Source: Podarcis vaucheri
Taxonomy: Eukaryota
Reading direction: 5' to 3' (one strand)
NCBI GenBank assembly: GCA_965113315.1
Contig: OZ220370.1
DNA: 64,000 nucleotides
A program made the translations under genes and the position numbers. The stretch's first letter is position 1, and each line of letters opens with the position of its first letter. Positions 24,943 through 37,271 of this stretch are shown piece by piece. The notes below the pieces were generated by a model, which was not told the DNA's origin, did no database searches, and saw only the letters and a list, made by a program, of their open reading frames with translations.

Positions 24943-27900
24943 GCAAGGGCATTTTGTTTTGAAAAGCAGCAAAATGAGTAACTGTTTAATCAGGCAGTGA
25001 AATGCTAGTAATCATTGCATGGTAGCATTTGTAATTAAGAGCGAAATCCTGTACATGTTTACTTGAAAGTGAATCCCACTGTATTCAATAGGTTGGACCT
25101 TTGCTAAAAGGCTTGTTAGCTCCCATTTTTTGTAGCAGTGTCTGCCTGAGGTTAGGGTCCTCAAGAGTTGAACCCTACAAAGCATAAGGGTTTATTGCCA
25201 GACAGAAAAACCACCTCACCTCTCTGTACTTGAAAAACTGTGTTCTGCATATGCAAAGGGGATGGAGGGTAATCCCATGTCAGTGTGTATAGAACTGCAG
25301 TCAGGAGATTCTGATCAGATTTTTAAAACTATAATTAATTTTACCAAGCTCTCATTGAATGTAAATCAGAACTAGTGTGCTAAGAATAGAAAGAATGTAA
25401 AGTAGTTGCCTGCTTCAGAAAGTGATTAATGACCAATTAATCATGTGATAGAATGTACCAATAATAGGAAATGAGCTTAGTAAACTGTAAAGAGATAAAC
25501 TGATTTAGTACATGTCTGGAATTAACATTTTTTTAAAAATCTACTATGTTCTATATCTTATTCTTATGCTGTATAAAATACATTAAAGTTTTCAGTATAG
25601 CTCTGATTTTCACCAAGCTTTAAATCTTAAGGTTGCAATCCTATACATACTTACCTGAAACTAAGTTCCACTGAACTCATTTACTATGTTCAAGATGTAA
25701 TGATAAACCATGCTTAATGCTATGGGAATAAGCTGCAGTGAGCCTTGAGATTTTACATTTATCCTTTCATGTAGGGGGAAGGAGTACTTTGGAAGCAATT
25801 TCAAATTCCCTTAATCTTGGCTTGCCATTCCATCAAAACCCAGAATCATGGTTTATCATCAGCTATGGTCAGTTTCCAAGCAAGTCATATTATGACTTCT
25901 GAAGCTGCAGTCTGTTTCATCATTGTTACTGTAAATCACAGTCCCAAGCTTCGGTGAAATTGCAAGCTGTTTTCGGGGGAAATGGAAAGCAAGCACAACC
26001 AAAGTCATCTTCCTGTAGTATATGAGAGGGGAGGAAAGAACAGCCAAACCTAAGCCATAGCTCATTCACAGACTGCTAAGCCATGGTTTAGTCTTACATC
26101 TGAGTAGACACATATAGGATTTCACTATTAGGTACTACTAATAAGAACAGATAGATTTCAGGCACATAAATGGAGGGATGCTTCAGGTGCTGCCATATCA
26201 GTGGATTCAGGTGCTGCTATTTTTTGGGGGGGTGTCTATATAGGTTTATAGCATTATTATTGCTCTTGGAATATTCCTTTCTAAGTTACCAAAAATAAAT
26301 AGATTGTGTCATACTATGAGAGATTTTATTAATCTCATGTGACATGAAAATTATTCATTTATCAGAAACTGGATATTGACTGTTCAAAGTTTGATGATTC
26401 CATTGGAAAATTACTGTACTTCATGTTCTGCTATTGAGCATTACTTAACGTCCATTGGTAATTGGAGTAGCATCTTATTAGATAAAACTTTTGATGTATT
26501 GCTAAAAAAGAAAAAGTCATTGCCACATTTGTATATTAGTTGCTTGCTAAAAAGATTGGGCAAGGTGCCTCAAACCACACTCACAGGCATTTGAAAGACA
26601 AAACTTTCTCAATAAGCATGATTAGTAATATGGACAATTTCAGCCTTCTTAATATTTAGTCCCGAAAGTGTTTGCATCAAGCATGTTCTTCAACTGACCT
26701 TAACCTTCAGGGAGTCTTTTGATGGGCTGCTGCCATGAGTAGGGAGCTGCAAAGCTAGACGTTTGTAGCTAGAGAGCTGTGGCTTAATCTCATTCATTCA
26801 GTCATCATTTTATTTGTATGCCTCCTTTCCGTAGCTGGAAACATGCTCAAGGCGGCTTACAACAGGATCAAATTTACGTAATTACAAACATAACATAACA
26901 AAAGTAGCAGTAGAAAAACCATCCAAAATTACACAACCAAAATGAACAATTTTCACCTGAAACATAAGAAGCCCCTGGACTTCTATTAGAAACTATCTCC
27001 GTTGAGGCAGCCCATCTTCTTGTTGTCACAAATAGCTTTCACACTTTTGTATATGAATAAGAATGTCATTTAGGCAAAACAAACAAAAGGAATAAGTAAA
27101 TATTTAGGTCCTTGGAATGAAATTATGGCTCTGTTAGAGCATATTTTGGAATGTCCAATAACTTCCTTCTGTTGGAATGTATGTTCTAAATCATCTGGCG
27201 CTGGTAGTTTTCCAAACGTTTCTTGCTGAGGAATGCAGTAAGCATACACCAGACACCTAAGAATAGATTTCCTTTTATGTAGGCAAAGATATCAACAAAC
27301 ACTAGGAAGTGAGTTCTACTTCACTTCTATTTCAGTCATATGCACAAATCCAAGTGTCACAGTTGGTAATATAAAAAGTGAAAACACAAATGGAAATATC
27401 CCTCCTTGGTTGAGTTTGCTAGGACTCTATGCCTAAACCAGTGCTTTCACTCAGTTAAAGATATCTTAGCTGATTAATCATTTGAATTTTATGGAATAAA
27501 TTAATCAATGCAATTCTTGTATTCATATTTCCCAGTAGCAACTTAGAAATATGAACATAAAAATATACACATATGGATTGGAATGCATATTTTCCCCCTC
27601 TCAGAATCACACACATAGACACTTCTTCTAACCACATGACAACATAGCCATACACACAGAGCAGGAAAGTCAACTCAGTCAAGACACACATATAGAAACG
27701 TAACCAAAATAGAATAACCAGCTCTCTTTTTCAAACCCACACAAATACAACACAACACACAAAGGGCAAAGTGAGGAGAACTCACCACTGGCACCAGCTG
27801 AGGCTAATCCACTGCTGCCACTCTTACCACAAGGCAGCAGCCATTCATTGCTTGCTGAACAGAAATCCTCCCTTCTGCCACCCGCCTCTGCACTGCCAGT

Positions 27901-28059
27901 CATCCTTCTTCCGCAGCCAAGAATGCTCTATCATCTGCCATCAAGAGTTCCATTGGCATTCTACCATAAGGAAGCATGCTTAGGCTCAGACTCCCTGACT
28001 TGCCTTTCTAAGGCTCCATCTGCACTGTACATTGAAAGCAGTATCATTCAACTTTAAAC

Positions 28060-28240
28060 AGTTGCAGAATCATGGGAACTGTAGTTTCTTAAGAGTGCTA
28101 AGAATTGTTAGTTTCTTATAGAGCTACAATTCCCAGAGTGCTAATCAATCCCTATTTGCAGGGAACTCTGGGAATTGTAGCTCTGTGAGGGAAATAGGGG
28201 TTTCCTAACAATTCTCAGCACCCTTAACAAACTACAATTA
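28060..28240. mobile_element. Palindromic MITE-like repeat
   Basis: Inverted arms GAGCTACAATTCCCAGAG / CTCTGGGAATTGTAGCTC, plus outer TGTAGTTT..AAGAGTGCTAAGAATTG / CAATTCTCAGCACCCTTAACAAACTACA. Confidence 0.7.
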
Positions 28241-28870
28241 ATTTGTTGTAGTAGTTAGTTTAATTGTTGTTGTTGTAATTAGTTTAATCAACTCAACACT
28301 GAAGGTCCTATCTTGAACAAATGTCATAGGGAGTCTGTCCTTCTGAGTAAATGACCTTACATTGCTGCCTGCCACTATTTATTTATTTATCCTGACATTT
28401 ATGTTCAGCTTGACAACTTGATAACAAGATATTGAAGTGCATCAGAAAATCTTTATAATATAATCAAATCAAACATGAGTGCAACACAAACTAATATATA
28501 AAGGGGGAATAAGAATTGCATCCCTCACAGTTGGAGCAGAGGTGGACAGAAAGGTGACAAATATGCATTGTTGCCCATACCAGTGCTCTCTATCTGCCGT
28601 CAGCTCTTATGCATGCTGGCTCACCCATTCACTTTAGAAGAGGCACAGCTCCATACATTTGTCTCTGTTCACACCAAAGCTCTGTCTCCAGTTAAATTAA
28701 TGGAACTGTACTTTCAGCTCGGTGTGTCCATTGGAGCCCTCACTTAGCCTGGATTGTGTACATCATCATAAGAGTAGTATACCCATCTGAGGAACAGAAA
28801 AGCTCTGTTGTAATTGAGTTGTAATTGAGAGAAATTGTATGCCCATATATGTTTTTTTCTGGCAACTGGG

Positions 28871-28872
<2 letters not shown>

Positions 28873-28911
<39 letters not shown>

Positions 28912-28914
28912 TTT
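28873..28914. repeat. (TTTA)n microsatellite
   Basis: Direct reading of the sequence. Confidence 0.95.
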
Positions 28915-29639
28915 GATACATTTTTGTCTTTGTTATCCAGTGACTAATTTATTCTGGTAATTTACTAAGGAAATTGTTCAGTGTATATTAAAATGAAGAG
29001 TCGGAAAGGAAAAGGCAGCAATATATATATTAGTACTGGGAGGCCTACACTTACTGTTGAAAATGGAATTGGTATTCAAGCTGGTATCCTACAGTTGTAA
29101 TGAGCAGACTGGTAGAGTAAACTCATTGATGAGGGAAAAACCTTAGCTTTGGCATACTATGTTTATCACACTGTTTACCTTAAGCAATCAAAGTTACTGA
29201 GTGCTAGCTTAATAAGACTCAGAAAAAAAGAGTCTGAACTTTGCAAGATTAACATTCACTGAAGACCTCCACCAAGTCAGATCCATGACTATCAAGAATC
29301 AAGACTATAACATCTTAATGGTCAACACTATTTAGGCTGGAATCTTTTACCCATTCACTGGGAGTAAGTTCTCATTGAACATAATGAGACTTATTTTTGA
29401 GTAGATATGTATAGGATTGCACTGTAAGTTTGTTATTTTACATTTCCATTTTGAGACTGGAGCAGAGAAATAAATATATACTTTTCAGAGGAGCAACATA
29501 TGCAGCACAAACTACAACTATAACCAAAGCTGCAGCAATATTATTTAGCAGCAATAAAATTAATTTTGTAGTATTGGATAAATAGTAGAGGGTGACAAGA
29601 AATGTATTTTCCTAAGAATAAAGTGGGTAGGAGAGGGTC

Positions 29640-30360
29640 AGTTATCAAATTTATATATGCCATGAATGCTTCTCAAAAGCAGTTAGAAAACATCAACAAT
29701 CTAATAGGAAAACTAAATGATTTTGTGAAGGGAAATTGATTATAGGAAGAGGCTAGAATGCATTTAGAAACCGAATGATAGATAAGAATAGGCAAGGCCT
29801 GGGAAATGTGGTAGAGGCAATTTGAAAGATGGATGAAGGCAAAATAGGTTGTGGACATACGTAATAAATTCCCATTTATTTTTCTCCTATTAATTGTGAT
29901 CTAATCAATTTACTCTTAAACTGATTTACATTTATCTCATACCTTCTGCATTAATGAGAGATTGACTAAAATATTTTATCAAAATCTATATGAATATTGG
30001 AAATTCAACTTGATTAATGTATATTAGTTACAGCTTTTGTGGGCATGCCCCATGACTCTAACCTTTAGATATGCTGCAACCGTGTTGTTGGCACTATTAA
30101 TGAAAATTTGAGAGGGTAGAGAATTTGTCATAAGTATATTAGCAGCAGCTAACATAATTTTGGCAAGATGCTGGAAGGTAAGTACAACACTCATCAGAAA
30201 TAATGAATGAATAAATGAGTGAATGTAGTAGAAATGAAACCATTATTAAGTATTATACTAGAGATTAGTGTAGACGTATACACAATTCTAATAAAAGTGG
30301 AGTCAATAAAGATATACAATTGCCAAGTTTTCTCTGAACTATATATAATGTGAAAAATAT
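29640..30360 (+). mobile_element. Old L1 3' fragment
   Basis: A remnant of the L1 ORF2 C-terminal motif (ILAAANIILARCWK) lies near 30140, in A-rich sequence. Confidence 0.5.
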
Positions 30361-30965
30361 TATTTGTGCTTTTGTTACATTATTTTATTTAACAGAATTT
30401 ATATAACACACAAACTGAAGTCCTCCAAGCAGTTTACAAAAGACAATGTTATCAACATTTTGCTGTCAGTGTCTATTGTGTCCTTTTCTTTATCTTTTTA
30501 AAAGTAACAAATTTGTGACAATTTTGTATTTGGAGAATAGACACATAAATGACAGGTTTCCCCCCTGGGACTGTGAAGCTATAGTTCTTGGCAATGGACT
30601 CAGGTTTGAATCCTATCGATAGTAGGCATGTGCTCCTTTTGTTTGCAGTAAAACTCTGTAATGCAGCAGAATGTAACTTTCCTGTATTTGCATGGAACTA
30701 TTACAGAGAGATCGGGGTTTTATTAAGTGTTAGGATAGAATATATATGAGGACAGATTTGAGTCTCTCTGTATATGTGGAGATGGTGCTTTATTACTATA
30801 TTGATCATTTTGAGAGAGAAACAGAGGGAATTCATCTCCAAGGTAACTGTGGAGCAAAATTCTCTGCAAATCAAGAGGCTTTGTTGACCAACATTATGAA
30901 AAACAGCAAAGACGATCAGTGAAAAGTAGAAATCCTACATATTGGCATAAGCACTATTTTAAATA

Positions 30966-31310
30966 GGGACGCGGGTGGTGCTGTGGATTAAATCACAGAG
31001 CCTAGGACTTGTTGATCAGAAGGTCGGCGGTTCAAATCCCCACAACGGGGTGAGCTCCCATTGCTCAGTCCCTGCTCCTGCCAATCTAGCAGTTCGAAAG
31101 CACGTAGATAAATAGGTACCACTGTAGCGGGGAGGTAAACGGCGTTTCCATGCACTGCTCTGGTTTGCCAGAAGCAGCTTAGTCATGGTGGCCACATGAC
31201 CCGGAAGCTGTATGCTGGCTCCCTCGGCCAGTAAAGTGAGATGAGCGTCGTAACCCCAGAGTCAGCCACGACTGGAGCTAATGGTCAAGGGTCCCTTTAC
31301 CTTGACCTTT
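30966..31310 (+). mobile_element. Sauria SINE
   Basis: GGGACGCGGGTGG head with A/B boxes, ACCTTT tail, TSD ACTATTT(T)AAATA, and similarity to three other copies in the window. Confidence 0.92.
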
Positions 31311-31946
31311 ACTATTTAAATATTAAATATGAAAACCATGCTTTTGTAAAAAAATAAATAAATCTACATGTCACTTTAAACCATAGCTCAGTATAATGTG
31401 CACCTTTGATTGTTGAACTAAGCATGAAACTATAGTTTAGCTGCAGTTTGTTGATTTGAACAAAACAACAAACTGTAGTTAAAAGCAGAAGCAAAGGCAC
31501 CTGAACTTCTCCTTCCAAACTGATGGGAGAGGGAGGAGTTACAACCCTAATTCTCACTATACCTATGGTTCAGGCAAATCCTGAAGGAAAGCAGCCTGGT
31601 TCAGAAAAAAATTGGGATTTTCCAAGTCAATGTAGGATCTTTTTGAAGTGCCCCAAACTGAAGTGGGATCTCTGTAGTGATAGGAGTGCTTTGAAGCTTT
31701 ACAAGTTTTTGCCTTTTTAAAAAAAAATGCCTGCAAAAATGGAAATATTTCTCCCCCAGCTTGCCCTATAAGTAAAATACCAAGTACAGAAGAGGGCACG
31801 GAGAGTCCTTTCGTGACAGACATATCTGGTTTCTAATCAGAGGAAAATAAAATCACAATGCCTGGGGGAAGATGTGTTGATGTAACGTATATCTTGTTTG
31901 CATGCCCAGGAGCATGATTCCTGCAGCCCAGTAAGGGACTAACCTT

Positions 31947-34900
31947 GTTGTTGTTTAGTCGTTTAGTCGTGTCCGACTCTTCATGACCCCATGGACCAGA
32001 GCACGCCAGGCACTTCTGTCCTCCACTGCCTCCCGCAGTTTGATCAAACTCATGCTAGTAGCTTCAAGAACACCATCCAACCATCTCATTCTCTGTCGTC
32101 CCCTTCTCCTTGTGCCCTCCATCTTTCCCAACATCAGGGTCTTTTCCAGGGAGTCCTCTCTTCTCATGAGGTGGCCAAAGTATTGGAGCCTCAGCTTCAC
32201 GATCTGTCCTTCCAGTGAGCACTCAGGGCTGATTTCCTTCAGAATGGAGAGGTTTGATCTTCTTGCAGTCCATGGGACTCTCAAGAGTCTCCTCCAGCAC
32301 CATAATTCAAAAGCATCAATTCTTCGGCGATCAGCCTTCTTTATGGTCCAGCTCTCACTTCCATACATCACTACTGGGAAAACCATGGCTTTTACTATAC
32401 GGACCTTTGTTGGCAAGGTGATGTCTCTGCTTTTTAAGATGTTGTCTAGGTTTGCCATCGCCTTTCTCCCAAGGAGCAGGCGTCTTTTAATTTCGTGACT
32501 GCTGTCACCATCTGCACTGATCATGGAGCCCAAGAAAGTAAAATCTCTCACTGCCTCCATTTCTTCCCCATCTATTTGCCAGGAGGTGATGGGCCCAGTG
32601 GCCATGATCTTCGTTTTTTTGATGTTGAGCTTCAGACCATATTTTGCGCTCTCCTCTTTCACCCTCATTAAAAGGTTCTTTAATTCCTCTTCACTTTCTG
32701 CCATCAAGGTTGTGTCATCTGCATATCTGAGGTTGTTGATATTTCTTCCAGCAATCTTAATTCCGGCTTGGGATTCATCCAGCCCAGCCTTTCGCATGAT
32801 GAATTCTGCATATAAGTTAAATAAGCAGGGAGACAATATACAGCCTTGCCGTACTCCTTTCCCAATTTGGAACCAATCAGTTGTTCCATGTCCAGTTCTA
32901 ACTGTAGCTTCTTGTCCCACATAGAGATTTCGCAGGAGACAGATGAGGTGATCAGGCACTCCCATTTCTTTAAGAACTTGCCATAGTTTGCTGTGGTCAA
33001 CACAGTCAAAGGCTTTTGCATAGTCAATGAAGCAGAAGTAGATGTCTTTCTGGAACTCTCTGGCTTTCTCCATAATCCAGCGCATGTTTGCAATTTGGTC
33101 TCTGGTTCCTCTGCCTCTTCTAAATCCAGCTTGCACTTCTGGGAGTTCTCGGTCCACATACTGCTTGAGCCTTCCTTGTAGAATTTTAAGCATAACCTTG
33201 CTAGCATGTGAAATGAGTGAAATTGTGCGGTAGTTGGAGCATTCTTTGGCACTGCCTTTCTTTGGGATTGGAATGTAGACTGATCTTCTCCAATCCTCTG
33301 GCCACTGCTGAGTTTTCCAAACTTGCTGGCATATTGAGTGTAGCACCTTAACAGCATCATCTTTTAAAATTTTAAACAGTTCAGCTGGAATACCATCACT
33401 TCCACTGGCCTTGTTATTTGCAGTGCTTTCTAAGGCCCATTTGACTTCACTCTCCAGGATGTCTGGCTCAAGGTCAGCAACCACACTACCTGGGGTGTAC
33501 GAGACATCCATATCTTTCTGGTATAATTCCTCTGTGTATTCTTGCCACCTCTTCTTGATGTCTTCTGCTTCAGTTAGATCTTTACCACTTTTGTCCTTTA
33601 TTATGGTAATCTTTGTACGAAATGTTCCTTTCATATTTCCGATTTTCTTGAACAGATCTCTGGTTCTTCCCATTCTGTTGCTTTCCTCTATTTCTTTGCA
33701 TTGCTCGTTTAAGAAGGCCTTCTTGTCTCTCCTTGCTGTTCTTTGGAAATCTGCATTCAGTTTCCTGTATCTTTCACTATCTCCCTCGCATTTTGCTTGC
33801 CTTCTCTCCTCCGCTATTTGTAAGGCCTCGTTGGACAGCCACTTTGCTTTCTTGCATTTCTTTTTCATTGGGATGGCTTTAGTTGCTGCCTCCTGTATAA
33901 TGTTGCGAGCCTCCACCCATAGTTCTTCAGGCACTCTGTCCAGCAAATCTAAATCCTTAAACCTGTTCCTCACTTCCACTGTGTATTCATAAGGGATTTG
34001 GTTTAGATTGTATCTTACCTGTCCAGTGGTTTTTCCTACTTTCTTCAGTTTAAGCTTGAATTTTGCTATAAGGAGCTGATGATCTGAGCCACAGTCAGCT
34101 CCAGGTCTTGTTTTTGCTGACTGTATAGAGCTTCTCCATCTTTGGCTGCAGAGAATATAATCAATCTGATTTCGATGTTGCCCATCTGGGGATGTCCATG
34201 TGTAGAGTCGTCTCTTGTGTTGTTGGAAAAGCGTGTTTGTGATGACCAGCTTGTTCTCTTGACAGAACTCTATTAGCCTTTGCCCTGCTTCGTTTTGATC
34301 TCCAAGGCCAAACTTGCCAGTTGTTCCTTTTATCTCTTGATTCCCTACTTTAGCATTCCAATCCCCTATAATGAGCAGAACATCCTTCTTTGGTGTCACT
34401 TCGATAAGGTTTTGTAAGTCTTCATAGAACTGGTCAATTTCAGTTTCTTCAGCACCAGTAGTTGGTGCATAAACTTGGATTACTGTGATGTTAAAAGGTC
34501 TGCCTTGGATTCGTATCGAGATCATTCTATCATTTTTGAGACTGCATCCCAGTACAGCTTTCGCCACTCTTTTGTTGACTATGAGGGCCACTCCATTTCT
34601 CTTACGGGTTTCTTGCCCACAGTAGTAGATATGGTAGTCATCCGAACTGAATTCGCCCATTCCCGTCCATTTTAGCTCACTGATGCCCAGGATGTCAATA
34701 TTTATTCTTGCCATCTCATTTTTGACCACATCCAACTTACCCAGGTTCATGGTTCTTACATTCCAGGTTCCTATGCAATATTTTTCTTTACAGCATTGGA
34801 CTTTCCTTTCGCTTCCATGCATATCCACAACTGAGCGTCCTTTCGGCTTTGGCCCAGCCGCTTCATCAGCTCTGGATCTACTTGTACTTGTCCTCCGCTC

Positions 34901-35165
34901 TTCCCCAGTAGCATGTTGGACACCTTCCGACCTGAGGGGCTCATCTTCCAGTGTCATAACTTTTATATGCCTGTTGTCTTTGTCCATGGAGTTTTCTTGG
35001 CAGGGATACTGGAGTGGCTTGCCGATTCCTACTCCAGGTGGATCACGTTTGGTCAAAACTCTCCACTATGACCTGTTCATCTTGTGTGCCCTGCTCGGCG
35101 TAGTTCATAGCTTCTCTGAGTTCTTCAAGCCCCTTCGCCACGGCAAGGCAGTGATCCATGAAGGG
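31947..35165 (-). mobile_element. Full-length BovB (RTE-clade) LINE, 3.2 kb
   Basis: A 12-bp TSD GGGACTAACCTT (31935-31946 and 35166-35177), a (CAA)n tail, a BovB-type 5' end and a single intact ORF. Confidence 0.96.
31955..35056 (-). CDS. BovB APE endonuclease-reverse transcriptase ORF (1033 codons from TTG; first ATG at 34987, 1010 aa)
   Basis: APE motifs (GTWNVR, ILGISE, GDWNA, QIDYI, SDH) and RT motifs (QAGFR, FIDYAKAFD, GVRQGCILSP, YADD) are present, with no stops or frameshifts. Confidence 0.96.
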   Translation of the reverse strand: MTKRDPPGVGIGKPLQYPCQENSMDKDNRHIKVMTLEDEPLRSEGVQHATGEERRTSTSRSRADEAAGPKPKGRSVVDMHGSERKVQCCKEKYCIGTWNVRTMNLGKLDVVKNEMARINIDILGISELKWTGMGEFSSDDYHIYYCGQETRKRNGVALIVNKRVAKAVLGCSLKNDRMISIRIQGRPFNITVIQVYAPTTGAEETEIDQFYEDLQNLIEVTPKKDVLLIIGDWNAKVGNQEIKGTTGKFGLGDQNEAGQRLIEFCQENKLVITNTLFQQHKRRLYTWTSPDGQHRNQIDYILCSQRWRSSIQSAKTRPGADCGSDHQLLIAKFKLKLKKVGKTTGQVRYNLNQIPYEYTVEVRNRFKDLDLLDRVPEELWVEARNIIQEAATKAIPMKKKCKKAKWLSNEALQIAEERRQAKCEGDSERYRKLNADFQRTARRDKKAFLNEQCKEIEESNRMGRTRDLFKKIGNMKGTFRTKITIIKDKSGKDLTEAEDIKKRWQEYTEELYQKDMDVSYTPGSVVADLEPDILESEVKWALESTANNKASGSDGIPAELFKILKDDAVKVLHSICQQVWKTQQWPEDWRRSVYIPIPKKGSAKECSNYRTISLISHASKVMLKILQGRLKQYVDRELPEVQAGFRRGRGTRDQIANMRWIMEKAREFQKDIYFCFIDYAKAFDCVDHSKLWQVLKEMGVPDHLICLLRNLYVGQEATVRTGHGTTDWFQIGKGVRQGCILSPCLFNLYAEFIMRKAGLDESQAGIKIAGRNINNLRYADDTTLMAESEEELKNLLMRVKEESAKYGLKLNIKKTKIMATGPITSWQIDGEEMEAVRDFTFLGSMISADGDSSHEIKRRLLLGRKAMANLDNILKSRDITLPTKVRIVKAMVFPVVMYGSESWTIKKADRRRIDAFELWCWRRLLRVPWTARRSNLSILKEISPECSLEGQIVKLRLQYFGHLMRREDSLEKTLMLGKMEGTRRRGRQRMRWLDGVLEATSMSLIKLREAVEDRSAWRALVHGVMKSRTRLND

Positions 35166-36928
35166 GGGACTAACCTTAGGAATAAGAAAAAGGACATTGG
35201 TATCGGGTTGAAATAGGCCACAACTATTGATTACAGGTATATGTAGGTTTTGGCCAAGGCATTGGGTATGTATCCAATATCAAGCAGCCTGACTACTGGT
35301 TGATAAGTAGGATGGGCTGACCCTGACTTCAGGGTCGCTTCTTGACATGCACCTTATAAATAATGGTTGGGAAACAGCTTCAGACTTGTGTTTTGCTCAC
35401 TTGGCATCCAAAGTCACAGAAACTAAGTATAAAGCTGATTTTAAAGGAGTGGATGTGTGGACACAATGGCAGATAGGCTTGAAGTTCATTTTCCAAGTAG
35501 GCACCATTTGCAGAACCAGCAAAAACACAGAACAGATATAACTTCCTAGCAACTGTACCCATCCATCTTATATTTTGCAGGTTATGTTACTGGTGGTGGA
35601 GAAGGGATGGGGATGGTTTTAGCAAGTGCCACAGCCATGACTGTGTCTGGTTAAATCAACTGTAATTGTTCCTTCACTCCAAATTTAAGGTTAGACTGCT
35701 ATAAAGTGCTCAACTATAGAGGTTTTGCTTGATGGTTGTACCCAAACTTCAGTTGTTGCAAAGGCGGCAACTTTCTTTCCAGTGTTGATATTTTTCCAAA
35801 GCATATTGTATCTAAGCTCCATTATCTACAGTGGTTTCTGCATATCTTCCGGATTCTGAATATATGAAGTACTGGTATGGACTATAAAATCCTACAGATC
35901 TCTGAGTTGGAACCCCAGTATGCCAAATAGGGTGCTTTTTTAATGGGAGGTAATCCTTGATTAATCGCAGAAAGGTAGCTATCCATCAGCATTTTCATAT
36001 AAGCACAAAATACTAGAAACAGAATGCAGTGAAACGTTTTTGCTCATGGGTGAGTGCAGAGAATTGAAATTTAAATGCAACAGATTTTTAAAGGGAGTCA
36101 ATTAACCTGGAATTCAAAACATAAAAAGAAAGACAACCTCAAACAGTTTTTCATTCATCATAGCTCCCTAATCCCTACACCTATCCTAAAACTTTATGGA
36201 TTACTTACCTAAGAGAAAAGTCTCTGACCTATTTGTCTGAAATTTGTCATTATTCCCTCAGAAGGGGCAACAATGCCTTCAAATTTAACCCTCTTCTACG
36301 AAGAGGTGAACTAGCTTTTGGGGTCTCATTTAAAACAAACCCCATACCTCAAACGTGTATTGCATAGAAACCCTTGCACATATTTGTGAAGTTTGGAAGG
36401 CCTCTACATGTACAAATTCATCCAGTTCATCCCAGTTAAAAACATTGTGGCCTTTTGGTCACTTCCCCAACTAAATCACTGGGAAGACATATGAAACACT
36501 GAAGTTCAAAGCAAGCACCTACTTCACATCTGAGGCCAAGGGATCTAAAGTAACCTAAGTCAAATTGGCTCACTTTCTGAAGCACCAAAGCAGGGTCCAA
36601 TCCAAATGTCTTTGTTGCATGTCCCTAATTTTTACCCCATGGCAGCTTTATAAATTTTTTTTACCCAAACCAATGAGAATCTGCAATCTGAATCCCTGGG
36701 CACTAGAGTCCCTCCCTGTATTTGAGGGAAAGCCTTCAGAAATGCATATTGTGATCCTAGGATAGAGGGCAGTATAGGAAATGAAATGAAATATGTCCAG
36801 AAGGTTATCAACCCTACTAGAGCTGAGCGTCTCCACCTGCCAAGTCAAATTGAGATTCCATAGGACAGGTAGACCGATTATACCTTTTCACCCGAAGAAA
36901 CATTTTGGTGACAAGTAATCCTCAATAT

Positions 36929-37271
36929 GGGACGCAGGTGGCACTGTGGGTTAAACCACAGAGCCTAGGGCTTATTGATCAGAAGGTCAACAATTCGAAT
37001 CCCCGTGATGGGGTGAGCTCCCGTTGCTGGGTCCCTGCTCCTGCCAACCTAGCAGTTCAGAAGCACATCAAAGTGCAAGTAGGTAAATAGGTACCACTCC
37101 AGCGGGAAGGTAAACGGCGTTTCTATGCACTACTCTGGTTTGCCAGAAGCGGCTTAGTCATGCTGGCCACATGACCCAGAAGCTGTGGCCAATAAAGCGA
37201 GATGAGCACCGCAACCCCAGAGTCGTCCGCAACTGGACCTAACGGCCAGGGGTCCTTTACCTTTACCTTTT
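36929..37271 (+). mobile_element. Sauria SINE
   Basis: Same family as 30966, with TSD TAA(T/C)CCTCAATAT. Confidence 0.92.

Noticed and set aside
31983-35216. Several 130-220 aa ORFs overlapping BovB
   Set aside because: These are antisense or alternate-frame shadows of the BovB ORF.
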